From: an uncultured bacterium
Lineage (GTDB): Bacteria; Oederibacteriota; JAAXVQ01; JAUVAV01
Length of the DNA stretch: 64,000 nt
Assembly (NCBI GenBank): GCA_963710755.1
Contig: CAVQBK010000013.1
Coordinates: forward strand, 352,001-416,000
Direction of reading: 5' to 3'
Shown here one piece after another: positions 1-8,801 of the stretch (position 1 is its first letter; every line of letters starts with the position of its first letter). Below the pieces are notes generated by a model. It ran no database searches, was not told where the DNA came from, and saw nothing but the letters and a program-made list of their open reading frames with translations. Position numbers and translations under genes: made by a program.

Positions 1-888
1 CCGAAAACGTTTGGCCTTGGCCTGAGCCAGTTGCTTTTCCATAGCCTCTTTGCCGGTGGCACTCTTCAGGCTTTTAATTTTACTCTCGATTTTTTTAGCT
101 TTGACGGCCCATTCCAGAGCACTCTTGAGCTCCCGCTTGACCTTATTGTTCATATTTTTTTCAACCGAAGGCGGCACTTCACCTTCCAGGCTGTGTTTTA
201 CGATCTGGATGGCCGAGGTCTTTTCGTGTACGATCTTATCATAAAGCAATTGAATTTCATTCATGGTGACCGGGGCTTCTAAAACCGCTTTTTCCACGCG
301 CAGCTCTTGTTCCTCAATTTTTTTAGCCAGCCGCACTTCCTGTTCCCGGGTGAGCAGGGGTACTCGTCCCATTTCATGCAAATACATGCGTACCGGATCA
401 TCGGAACGGGTTTCTTCAAAAGCTGGCTCCGGTGTCAGATCAAATTCGGCGTCCTCAAGTTCATTGACAATGGGGACTTCTTCTTCCAGCTCCGTGGCGG
501 GCTTTTTGGATTTTTCCACATCCACCAATTCGATATCATGTTCCCCTAATTGGATGAGAATATCATCGATTTGGTCGGAGGATACTATTTCGGAAGGCAG
601 AATATTATTGACGTCACTATAGGTTAAATAACCTTTTTTCTTGCCTTTTTCCAGCAGTTTTTCCACCTCGCTGGCGGCAATGGGCCCACCACTTCCCACC
701 TTGCTCTTTTCATTGGATTCCAACACTTCCACTTGCGATGGTGCGCGTTTATCATCCTTCACGTTGCTTTTGGCCTTGGTTTTTGACGTTTTGGTTTTGG
801 GTTTGTTTTTTGTGAGCCCTTTGCTGGCATTTTTATTTTTATTCTGAGGTGTGGAACTGATCTTGCTCTGGCTTTTGGATTTGGCCAT
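1..888 (-). CDS. rpoD: RNA polymerase primary sigma factor RpoD, 5' part (continues beyond window start)
   Basis: Not in the ORF track. Manual translation from ATG at 888 gives region 1.1 (LLEKGKKKGYLTYSDVNNILP) and region 1.2 (SDDPVRMYLHEMGRVPLLTREQEVRLAKKIE). It lies directly downstream of dnaG. Confidence 0.95.
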   Translation of the reverse strand, partial: MAKSKSQSKISSTPQNKNKNASKGLTKNKPKTKTSKTKAKSNVKDDKRAPSQVEVLESNEKSKVGSGGPIAASEVEKLLEKGKKKGYLTYSDVNNILPSEIVSSDQIDDILIQLGEHDIELVDVEKSKKPATELEEEVPIVNELEDAEFDLTPEPAFEETRSDDPVRMYLHEMGRVPLLTREQEVRLAKKIEEQELRVEKAVLEAPVTMNEIQLLYDKIVHEKTSAIQIVKHSLEGEVPPSVEKNMNNKVKRELKSALEWAVKAKKIESKIKSLKSATGKEAMEKQLAQAKAKRFR

Positions 889-929
889 AATTGCCCTTCC
901 TTTAATTGGTGTGGCCTCGAAAGGCCATT

Positions 930-957
930 ATTCTATCCGATCTTGTCGATCAGTCAA
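930..957 (-). promoter_or_regulatory. Putative sigma70 promoter for rpoD (TTGACT-16 nt-TAGAAT)
   Basis: Near-consensus hexamers on the minus strand about 40 nt upstream of the rpoD ATG. Confidence 0.55.
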
Positions 958-997
958 GTCAATTATACAATCACTATAAAATGAGTCGAATCCGGGT

Positions 998-2830
998 TTA
1001 TCTCCAGGTCATGCCGATCTGTTTCATCTGCTTGGCCAGGTTAAATTTTTGTTCTTCCAGTTGCTTTAAGGTCTCCATATCTCCGGCGGTGGCAGCCTGC
1101 TGGATCTGTTCCTGAAGTCTGGCCTGTTCGGTTTTTAACTTGGCTGTCACCAGTCGCTTTAGACAATCGCTGATCACGGGCCATGGCTCTTCTTCGCCTT
1201 TATCCTCCTTGGCCAACTCGCGGGCATAGGCCCGCAGCGGTAGCGGTACGTGCTCATTTTCAAGAAAAGTCGGCAACCATTCCTCTTCCCCATCCGGGTC
1301 TGCGGCCGGCTCTTCAAACATGGCTTGCAGCAATCGCCGATGCTGATCCGCGCTGATCACGTCCAAATCCAGGGATTTTTTAACCAGTTCAATCTGTGCC
1401 GGAAAACGCAGTAAAATATTGAGCAATACCCGTTCTTCCCGGGGTATTTTCCCCTCAGGAAGAGAGGAACGCTCTTCCTGAACCACAGGCGGCGTGTCGG
1501 CCACCATCGGGGCAGCGGCCGGACGGCTGCTTTTGTGTTTACCGGCGGCTTTTTTAACTTCGTCCACGATGATTTCCGCTGGCTGACCCAACCGGGTAGC
1601 CAGACGTTTGCTATACTCGTGCTGTTCCAATTTATCTTCCAACTGCACGATGATGGCAATGACCTCATCCTTTATTCTGATTTTCCCCTCGATAGAACCG
1701 GGATTATATCGGCGGCAGGCTTGCTCCAGCATAAATTCCACAAAATGAACGGCCTGACCCAACGCGTTTTTCAGGGCTGCTGCTCCAAATTGACGAACCA
1801 CTTCATCAGGGTCCTTACCCTGAGTCAGAGCCAAGGCCTTGATCTTAAGATTTTCCTGATTGATCAGCTCAAATGCCCTCACCGCCGCCTTGAGTCCGGC
1901 TGCGTCTGTATCATATAGGATGATGATTTCCTGGGCATAGCGTTTAAGTAATTTGGCTTGGGCCGGCGTTAAGGCCGTGCCCAGGCAACCCACCGTTTCC
2001 GTTACTCCGGCTTTATGGCAGGCGATGACATCCAGATACCCTTCCACCAACACCAGCCGTTTTTCCTTGCGGGCCTGGCTCTTGGCCAGATGGAGACCAA
2101 ACAAATGATCACCCTTATGATAAATTTCCGTTTCCGGCGAATTTAAATACTTGGGTTCGCCTTGGCCAATAACCCGACCTCCAAAGGCAATGACCCTCCC
2201 CCGGACATCATGAATCGGAAACATTACTCGGTTCCGGAAACGATCATAAGGCTGAGCTTGGCCTTCACGCCGCAAAATTAACCCCGCAGCTTCCAGAAGC
2301 TCCGGCGAATAATGGTCGCGCTGGGCTGCCTTGAGGATATTTTCCCTTCCCGGCGGCGCATACCCCAGTTGGAAACGTGTAATCAAGGCTTCCTCAATAC
2401 CGCGATTTTCCAAATAAGCCCGCGCCGGATCGCCTATACCTTGGCGATGCAAGGCCGTTTGAAACCGTTCCGCTGCCCATTGGATAACCTCCAATAATTG
2501 CCGCCGTTGCTGATCGTTGTTGTTGTCTTGATGGGCGGTAGAGGTGGTTAACGTAATATGCGCTTGCTGGGCCAGAGTGGCCAAGGCTTCGGGAAAAGAA
2601 AGACCGTCTATCTTCATTAGAAATTCGAAGGCATCGCCATCCGCCTGACAGCCAAAACAATGATAGCGCTGCCGGTCGGGATCAACATAAAAACTTGGGG
2701 TTTTTTCGCGATGAAACGGGCATAGGCCTTTGTAATTTTTGCCGGAAGGTTTTAAGGCAACGACTTTGGAAACAATGTCCACAATATCGGAAGCTTCTCT
2801 GACCCGTTCTTTATCTTCCTGAAGGCCCAC
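998..2830 (-). CDS. dnaG: DNA primase
   Basis: CHC2 zinc finger (CPFH...CFGC), KYLNSPET, TOPRIM motifs EGYLDV and YDTDAAG; sits between rpsU and rpoD. Confidence 0.98.
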   Translation of the reverse strand: MGLQEDKERVREASDIVDIVSKVVALKPSGKNYKGLCPFHREKTPSFYVDPDRQRYHCFGCQADGDAFEFLMKIDGLSFPEALATLAQQAHITLTTSTAHQDNNNDQQRRQLLEVIQWAAERFQTALHRQGIGDPARAYLENRGIEEALITRFQLGYAPPGRENILKAAQRDHYSPELLEAAGLILRREGQAQPYDRFRNRVMFPIHDVRGRVIAFGGRVIGQGEPKYLNSPETEIYHKGDHLFGLHLAKSQARKEKRLVLVEGYLDVIACHKAGVTETVGCLGTALTPAQAKLLKRYAQEIIILYDTDAAGLKAAVRAFELINQENLKIKALALTQGKDPDEVVRQFGAAALKNALGQAVHFVEFMLEQACRRYNPGSIEGKIRIKDEVIAIIVQLEDKLEQHEYSKRLATRLGQPAEIIVDEVKKAAGKHKSSRPAAAPMVADTPPVVQEERSSLPEGKIPREERVLLNILLRFPAQIELVKKSLDLDVISADQHRRLLQAMFEEPAADPDGEEEWLPTFLENEHVPLPLRAYARELAKEDKGEEEPWPVISDCLKRLVTAKLKTEQARLQEQIQQAATAGDMETLKQLEEQKFNLAKQMKQIGMTWR

Positions 2831-2991
2831 GCCATTGCCTCGACTTTAGGAGCCCCAACATGCCTTAAATCCAGGCTCCGGAGCATTTGAAATTGAGTTG
2901 AGCATGCTGATGAAAACACGCCTGCCAGGTACTGCTATTAATGAACTATAGATCCGCCCGCATTATACGCGGGCCTTGCTGTCATAAAACA

Positions 2992-3026
2992 GAAAAACAG
3001 CCCAGGCAATCAAGCCCGGGCTGTTT
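2992..3026 (-). terminator. Intrinsic terminator between rpsU and dnaG
   Basis: Minus strand AAACAGCCCGGGC-loop-GCCTGGGCTGTTTTT, a GC-rich stem followed by a U-run, just after the rpsU stop. Confidence 0.75.
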
Positions 3027-3049
3027 GAAACCATGACAAAAAGAACTTA

Positions 3050-3235
3050 TTATGCACCGCGTTTGCGGGCTTTTTTCTTTGCTGCCAATATTTTTTGTTT
3101 TTTCTTAACGCTTGGTTTTTCGTAATGTTCGCGACGGCGCATTTCCGACAATACACCCGATTGCTGAACTTCTTTCTTGAACCGACGGAGGGCAGCTTCG
3201 AAATTTTCGCTGTCTTTTACACGAATTTCGATCAT
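3050..3235 (-). CDS. rpsU: 30S ribosomal protein S21
   Basis: [10 protein letters not shown]...[10 protein letters not shown] signature, GGAGG ribosome-binding site, canonical rpsU-dnaG-rpoD order. Confidence 0.98.
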   Translation of the reverse strand: MIEIRVKDSENFEAALRRFKKEVQQSGVLSEMRRREHYEKPSVKKKQKILAAKKKARKRGA

Positions 3236-3302
3236 AGTCTCAATATCCCTCCCTTCTGTAATGATTTATTCTATTTATTTTTTGCTCCATTTAAAGCATG
3301 TT

Positions 3303-3331
3303 ATTTTATACTGCTGCCTTTCCCCTGTCAA
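3303..3331 (-). promoter_or_regulatory. Sigma70 promoter for rpsU (TTGACA-17 nt-TAAAAT)
   Basis: Consensus -35 and near-consensus -10 with 17-nt spacing upstream of rpsU. Confidence 0.75.
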
Positions 3332-3347
3332 CCGCTTTCATAAAAAA

Positions 3348-3695
3348 TCATCCCGGCGGCCAGCTCATCTTGCGTCCACCCAGAAGATGGACATGCAAGT
3401 GGTCCACCGCCTGGCCGGCGTCACTGAGACTGTTGATCACCACCCGGTAACCTCTGTGCAAATCGTGTTTTTTGGCCAAATCGGAGGCTGTGGTTAACAG
3501 CTGCCCCAATAACAGCCGGTCTGCTTCTTCCACCACATGCAAGGAGGCTATGTGCCGCTTGGGAATAATTAAAAGATGCACCGGTGCCTGGGGATTGATA
3601 TCTTCAAATGCCAATAGGTCGTTATTTTCATAGACTTTTTTGGCCGGTACTTCCCCCAAACCGATCTTACAAAACAAGCAATTGTGATCCACCAT
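3348..3695 (-). CDS. Histidine triad (HIT/Hint) nucleotide-binding protein
   Basis: CLFCKI at the N-terminus, HLHVHLLGGR triad, WPPG end. The alternative GTG start is at 3704. Confidence 0.95.
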   Translation of the reverse strand: MVDHNCLFCKIGLGEVPAKKVYENNDLLAFEDINPQAPVHLLIIPKRHIASLHVVEEADRLLLGQLLTTASDLAKKHDLHRGYRVVINSLSDAGQAVDHLHVHLLGGRKMSWPPG

Positions 3696-3751
3696 CTGCC
3701 TCACCTTCTCCCTGCTGTATTCTCGCTGCCCTGGTTGTGCTCGGGTCTTAC

Positions 3752-6112
3752 TTAGAAACCCACGCCATAGCGCAGATCCACAATCAGCTCGGTGTAATCG
3801 GATTGTCCGATCAAGGCATCCTGATAGCCAACACCGGTTAATGTCAATCGCAGGATCTGCTGATGGGGTAAATAATAAGTCCCCCCCAGATTGAAAGACG
3901 TCATGTCCGATTGCACGGTTGTTTTATCATCCTGCTGGTGAAACCAGTCCATGCCCGCCGTCAACGCCAATTGGCCGGGCAACAGGCTGTAATCCGCCCG
4001 CACGGTTAGGATCGTTTGATTCAATAGCCGCCGGTCCCAATTAAGTGGTGTTATTACGCCGTCATTGTCCTGTTGGCTGCGGGTCAAGCCCCAGCTGCCG
4101 GACAAGGTCAAGCCCGACACATTAAGGTATTGAAGACCAAGATTAATGGTCTGGGTCTGGCCATCGCCGGAAATTTTTACAACTGCCAGATTTTTCAGAT
4201 CCAAAAAGGAATAGGTCAAAGAGCTAACCAATTGATCAGAATTATTGAGCAGCCACAACCAGGTCGTACCCACGGATAAAGTCCTGATGAGGTTGTTCAC
4301 CTGCTGCAGCGCACCGGGCGCTTCGGTCATCTGATTATAAGAATAGCCCACGGAAAAATTCTGTAGCAGAGGCGGCAGGCGGTAATTGACCGAAGTGGTT
4401 AAAAGGGTCGTAGTCGTGGTTTGGTCTATGGCGGGATCAATATTTTTTTGTCCCTCCACATTGTCATGACCTGCTTTGAATTGCCCAAGTAAAGACAGAT
4501 TGTCTTGAAGAAAATTAAGCTGTCCGTCGCCCGTGACGCCCTGCCAATCACCGGACAAACCAGGATTACCCAGAGCTACATAGTTGGCGCCGAGCCGTTC
4601 CAGTTGGACCTGTATAAAGTTATTGTCCAGCCATTGCCACCGGTTGCCGGCCCGGTAAGCCTCACCCAGGGAAATATCGGTCACGCTTTGCCGTTCATCA
4701 TAATAGTCAACACCATATTCCCCATAGAGCGTGGTAGTAAAATCCGGTAGGAAAAATACCTTAAGGTTGCCTTCCCCGGTTAGGACGTGGTTTTGATGAG
4801 CCTCCGCCCCTGCCGGGACCTGGAGCGAATCGCGATTGTCCATAATGGAGGCATAATTAAGCGTCAGTCCCGTACCGGGCAGGAAATCATAAGCCCATTG
4901 CGATCCCACCAGCCATTGTTCATAAGTTCCCGGTTGGTCGTAAACTATATAACCGCCACTATACTCAAAGGCTCGTCCTTCGATGGGCACTTTGGTCAAG
5001 CCGCCCACCACCGTTAAGCGGCTATGCGCTCCTTGCGCTTGACCACTAAGCAGGCGCACGGCGCCTCCGCGAACAAAATAATTATACAGGGAATATTCGG
5101 AAAATAGCGGATATAGGTCCCCGGCTTGAATCATGACCTGGTGGTTAAAAGCTTCCAGAAAAAACCGGTCCGCTGGTTGCTGACCCGGGGTTTCCTCAGA
5201 ACTTAGGTTCATATGCCCGTTGATCCGCCAATCCGACCATTGCCCATAAAGATTTAAATCCAGTCGATTGAGGAATCCTTCCGGCTGGCGCAGAAAATTG
5301 GTTTGCGCCGGTTTGTCGGTCAATAAGGCCAATTGGGAGGAGGCTGTCATCTGGCCATGGACGCTTACCCCCGTGGGCTTGCTCCCCGGCGTTGGAGTTT
5401 CACCTTCCCGCTGGATGCGAAAAGTCCAAGTCGGCGACTTGCCTAAGCGGCCTTGTTCATCTTTAATTTCCACCCGCACGCCGTGTAGACCCGGGGCAAG
5501 AGATTCTGGGGCCACATAGGAAAGCATGGTTCTGGTTCGACGAACAGCATCCGTGACATCCTGCTCGTCAAAATAAAATTTTAAGGTGGCCATATCCAAC
5601 GGGCTGGCCTTGGCTTCCAGACCTACCACAATCACCGCTTCTTCCGGCGCAATCAGGGCGTCCGGTTCGGGTGATAACAATACCAATGCCGGTCCGCCGG
5701 TGCTGTCGGCCACGGTGACCTGGTAAGGATTGAGCGTGGCATTAAACATGGGAGCGGTGGTCACCAGGCCCGATTGGTCGCGCACTTCAAGATAATATTC
5801 CACCCCTGCCGGCAAAACCAACTTTCCCGGGATGGCTGCCGAGAACAACGAGCCTTGCCCCGACATAGGTACCTGCCAATAACCTAATGTGCCCTTGGTG
5901 CGAACGAACAGCAGGGCTTGCTGGATCCCCGTGCCCGTGGGATCGGTAATGGTGGCTGTAATCAATACCGGCTTTCCAGCCTCCGCCTGCACAGGCGGCT
6001 GATGAACAATTACCGGAGCCGCCCATGCCATATTCCATATCGCGGTGAACGCAACTAGCCAAAGACCGGTTTTTAGCACGCGCTGATCCTGTCCTTCCCT
6101 CTTTTTTATCAA
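3752..6112 (-). CDS. Large exported protein: signal peptide, two Ig-like domains, probable C-terminal outer-membrane beta-barrel
   Basis: Signal peptide ending AWA|A, beta-sandwich-like segments (VEYYLEVRD; PGLHGVRVEI...WTF), then about 500 aa of amphipathic beta-strands ending in YGVGF with a terminal Phe. Confidence 0.65.
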   Translation of the reverse strand: MIKKREGQDQRVLKTGLWLVAFTAIWNMAWAAPVIVHQPPVQAEAGKPVLITATITDPTGTGIQQALLFVRTKGTLGYWQVPMSGQGSLFSAAIPGKLVLPAGVEYYLEVRDQSGLVTTAPMFNATLNPYQVTVADSTGGPALVLLSPEPDALIAPEEAVIVVGLEAKASPLDMATLKFYFDEQDVTDAVRRTRTMLSYVAPESLAPGLHGVRVEIKDEQGRLGKSPTWTFRIQREGETPTPGSKPTGVSVHGQMTASSQLALLTDKPAQTNFLRQPEGFLNRLDLNLYGQWSDWRINGHMNLSSEETPGQQPADRFFLEAFNHQVMIQAGDLYPLFSEYSLYNYFVRGGAVRLLSGQAQGAHSRLTVVGGLTKVPIEGRAFEYSGGYIVYDQPGTYEQWLVGSQWAYDFLPGTGLTLNYASIMDNRDSLQVPAGAEAHQNHVLTGEGNLKVFFLPDFTTTLYGEYGVDYYDERQSVTDISLGEAYRAGNRWQWLDNNFIQVQLERLGANYVALGNPGLSGDWQGVTGDGQLNFLQDNLSLLGQFKAGHDNVEGQKNIDPAIDQTTTTTLLTTSVNYRLPPLLQNFSVGYSYNQMTEAPGALQQVNNLIRTLSVGTTWLWLLNNSDQLVSSLTYSFLDLKNLAVVKISGDGQTQTINLGLQYLNVSGLTLSGSWGLTRSQQDNDGVITPLNWDRRLLNQTILTVRADYSLLPGQLALTAGMDWFHQQDDKTTVQSDMTSFNLGGTYYLPHQQILRLTLTGVGYQDALIGQSDYTELIVDLRYGVGF

Positions 6113-6225
6113 CTATCCTGCATGACGACCTTTTAGGAACTCGGTTGCAGAAAGAGATGTTTTGGTTTTCTTAAGTTACAAGACGCTTTTAGAGCCTGTC
6201 TGAACCATAGCCCATGGATTGCGGT

Positions 6226-6939
6226 TTATTGTTTATTGTAATTAATATTCAGTTGTTGTTCCCGGCCGTTCTTATCCATGATGTTTAATTTTAATTCTTT
6301 TTCCGTGGGTATTTCCACCACGCTTTCCCACCACTGGTCTTGCTGGCCCAGGTTAATTTTACGTGGTTTCTGTGGTTTTTGTCCCTTGAAGACCGTGCTG
6401 CTGTAAGAGGCACCTACTTCTACCTTGCCTTGCGGATTGTAAAAATCGACCAATCCTTCCCAAACCGTGAGCTGCACTTTTTCATCAGGATTAACCTTTA
6501 GCTCCAAAACCGTGCCTTTGATGGCGGCTACAGCCGATGGGGTATCGATTTCCAAAGGGTGCTTCTGTTTTTTGATGCTGGCCCATAACTGACCAAGCAG
6601 CAATTTTAACCGATTAACTTTTTGGTCCGCCTGATTATCAATCAAAACCAGGTTGGTCTTTTCATGTAGTTTGGTGATGCTGCCGTCATTCAAGACCAAG
6701 GCAGCCCGGGATAATTCCGAGGTTTTGATGAGATCGCCGCCATAAAGCAGCATGCCCTTTTGGGCATCGATCTCGTCCTTAGTGCCTTTTCGCAGCACTT
6801 TGACAATCCCGACTTTGACAATAATCGTAGCCTTGGCCTGAGCAGCTGCGGTATTCACGGCCTGTAGCCATGACGGCGCGGCCGCCAAGGTATAGGCCAC
6901 GGCCATCATTATGAAGAATAATGCCTTCCAGGATTTCAT
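6226..6939 (-). CDS. FecR-domain exported protein
   Basis: Signal peptide; GDLIKT..SRAALVLNDGS, L.LLLGQLW and IDTPSAVAAIKGT...VWEGLV match the FecR pattern. Confidence 0.85.
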   Translation of the reverse strand: MKSWKALFFIMMAVAYTLAAAPSWLQAVNTAAAQAKATIIVKVGIVKVLRKGTKDEIDAQKGMLLYGGDLIKTSELSRAALVLNDGSITKLHEKTNLVLIDNQADQKVNRLKLLLGQLWASIKKQKHPLEIDTPSAVAAIKGTVLELKVNPDEKVQLTVWEGLVDFYNPQGKVEVGASYSSTVFKGQKPQKPRKINLGQQDQWWESVVEIPTEKELKLNIMDKNGREQQLNINYNKQ

Positions 6940-7098
6940 CGTTGCCCTCCAATAGAACCGTTGTTAATTAAAATACCCTGCCCGCAGGCAATTGGTTACG
7001 AGTGGAATTTTATTTTATTTTATTTTTTCCCATTCATCCCGGGCAACCTGGAATTGGCCAGGCCAGAGCCCCGGGAATGAACGGGAACGTATTAATGC

Positions 7099-8112
7099 TC
7101 ATCGCGTTGAATCGAATTGCTGGCTTATAATTTTGGCCGAGCCGGTCTGTAATTGCTTTAACAGGTCTGCCAAATCTTCACTACTGCTGGAAACAGCCAC
7201 TGCCCGGTAAGGCTGCAGCCCTTTAAGCAAGGATGCATCGGTGATCACCTGTCTGACCACACGATCTGCTTCTTCCGGAGAAACGGCCGCGCCGCTTTGA
7301 TCCGGGGCCAGGAGTTTAAACCAGGAGATAGCGGATCGGCCCAAAGAGCCTCCAATGGGTTGACCAAAAACATCATAAGCGATCACTTCCCAAAAGTATT
7401 GCTTATCCTGCTCCAGAGCCCGGGCCTGGGCCTCATAGGTAATTTGGGTGGACGCCACCTTGGCGCTGCGCCAGTAGGTATTAATTTCCGGATCATGGTT
7501 GGGACTAACCACGACTTCATAGCTGTGCGCACTGGTGGCCGGCATCCAAGTGAAGGTCGGCAAAGCAGTATTGACCGCCACGTTCCGGGGAAAGATGGGT
7601 ACGGCCGGGCGGTTCAAGGCGGAGGAAGGCGTAAACAGAGCCAAGGCCACGGTGTAAGGCGGACCGCTCTGGGGCGGCAGTGGCGTAAGCACGATTTTAT
7701 AGTGTCCCATGGGTAAGACGCTACCCCCGCCGGACAGATTTAAATTTGGTTTATAAGCTTCATTGTATTGGGGCTGACTGTTACTCATGTCCATCTGGCT
7801 GGCATTGTAACGGTTTTGGCCGATCTTCAATTCCCCTACCCCAACATTAATCCGTGCCACCTCGGTGGCACCATCCTGGATGGCCAGAGAAAATTGCCAA
7901 TGATCGGCTTGTTCATCGGACAGGGCGCTGAGCATCACCACATTGGGGTTGACCACCAGCGGCTGGCTTTTGAGTACGGCATCGTAAATATCCAGCAGCA
8001 AACGGGGCGCCACGGATACGCCATTGATCTGAACCAAAGCCCGAGCAGACAACATTGCCGCCATGGACAGCAATAGCGCCAATCCAGCCATCGTCAGGGT
8101 ACGTTTAATCAT
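7099..8112 (-). CDS. Exported protein with a fibronectin-III/Ig-like domain
   Basis: Signal peptide; P.FTW.P...A.SYEVVV...L...KQYFWEV.AYD is an FN3-like pattern. Confidence 0.6.
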   Translation of the reverse strand: MIKRTLTMAGLALLLSMAAMLSARALVQINGVSVAPRLLLDIYDAVLKSQPLVVNPNVVMLSALSDEQADHWQFSLAIQDGATEVARINVGVGELKIGQNRYNASQMDMSNSQPQYNEAYKPNLNLSGGGSVLPMGHYKIVLTPLPPQSGPPYTVALALFTPSSALNRPAVPIFPRNVAVNTALPTFTWMPATSAHSYEVVVSPNHDPEINTYWRSAKVASTQITYEAQARALEQDKQYFWEVIAYDVFGQPIGGSLGRSAISWFKLLAPDQSGAAVSPEEADRVVRQVITDASLLKGLQPYRAVAVSSSSEDLADLLKQLQTGSAKIISQQFDSTR

Positions 8113-8148
8113 GGGAACAGTTCCCTCCTTATATTAGTCATGACCTTG

Positions 8149-8748
8149 TTAAAACAATTGAGCTATTTCCAAAGCAAAGCCTTGGGATCTCACTTTGGCC
8201 CTAAGCTTGGGTCCGCCGGTCCTGCCAAGGTTCTTGTTGTCTTCTTCCACCGCCAAGGGCGCACCGGTCAGGTCATAAAGCCAGGACGATAAAAATAGCG
8301 CAACGCCGCCCACAGCCAAACCAATGCCACGGGAAAGCCGGGTGGTATTGGAAAGATTATTAATAAGGGTTTCGTCACTGACGCCGCTGCCGGTGTTGTC
8401 TTGAACCACTGCATAAATATCGCGGCCGCCGTTGTACGCCATGGTCAAAGCTCCCAACTCCACCAGGAGCAATATGGAACCTGTTACCGGCCGGCCGGCA
8501 TAGAAGTGCCCTGACCCCTGGATCACGATTCCAGGAAAAGTGGCCAAAGCTATGGCTGTACCAGGATCTTTCATGGATGACGGGGACGCTGTTTGCGGCA
8601 GTGTCGAGGTTGTCGCAGCCGACCAAGTGGCGTCAGCCAGCAAGCTGCTGTTGGGAAGATCAGAGGAGGCGGCATGAAGGGACACCGTCAAGGTCAGGAG
8701 CATGGGGAAAAGCCACAACAAGGAAAAGCATGGTGCTTTTTTAGTCAT
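8149..8748 (-). CDS. Hypothetical envelope/membrane protein
   Basis: GAGG ribosome-binding site before ATG at 8748; signal-like N-terminus; KDPGTAIALATFPG...GSGHFYAG motif plus hydrophobic helices; ends in F. Confidence 0.65.
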   Translation of the reverse strand: MTKKAPCFSLLWLFPMLLTLTVSLHAASSDLPNSSLLADATWSAATTSTLPQTASPSSMKDPGTAIALATFPGIVIQGSGHFYAGRPVTGSILLLVELGALTMAYNGGRDIYAVVQDNTGSGVSDETLINNLSNTTRLSRGIGLAVGGVALFLSSWLYDLTGAPLAVEEDNKNLGRTGGPKLRAKVRSQGFALEIAQLF

Positions 8749-8801
8749 GGTAACCTCAGGAAAAGTTGGTGTTGCCAGTTTAGTATAGGCCAGGAGCCTT
8801 G

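Noticed and set aside
31-847. Several plus-strand ORFs of 64-119 aa
   Set aside because: They are antisense shadows of rpoD, which the ORF track missed because it runs off the window edge.
6188-6205. TTAGAGCCTGTCTGAAC, resembling an IS or MITE end
   Set aside because: Single short match with no partner inverted repeat or transposase.
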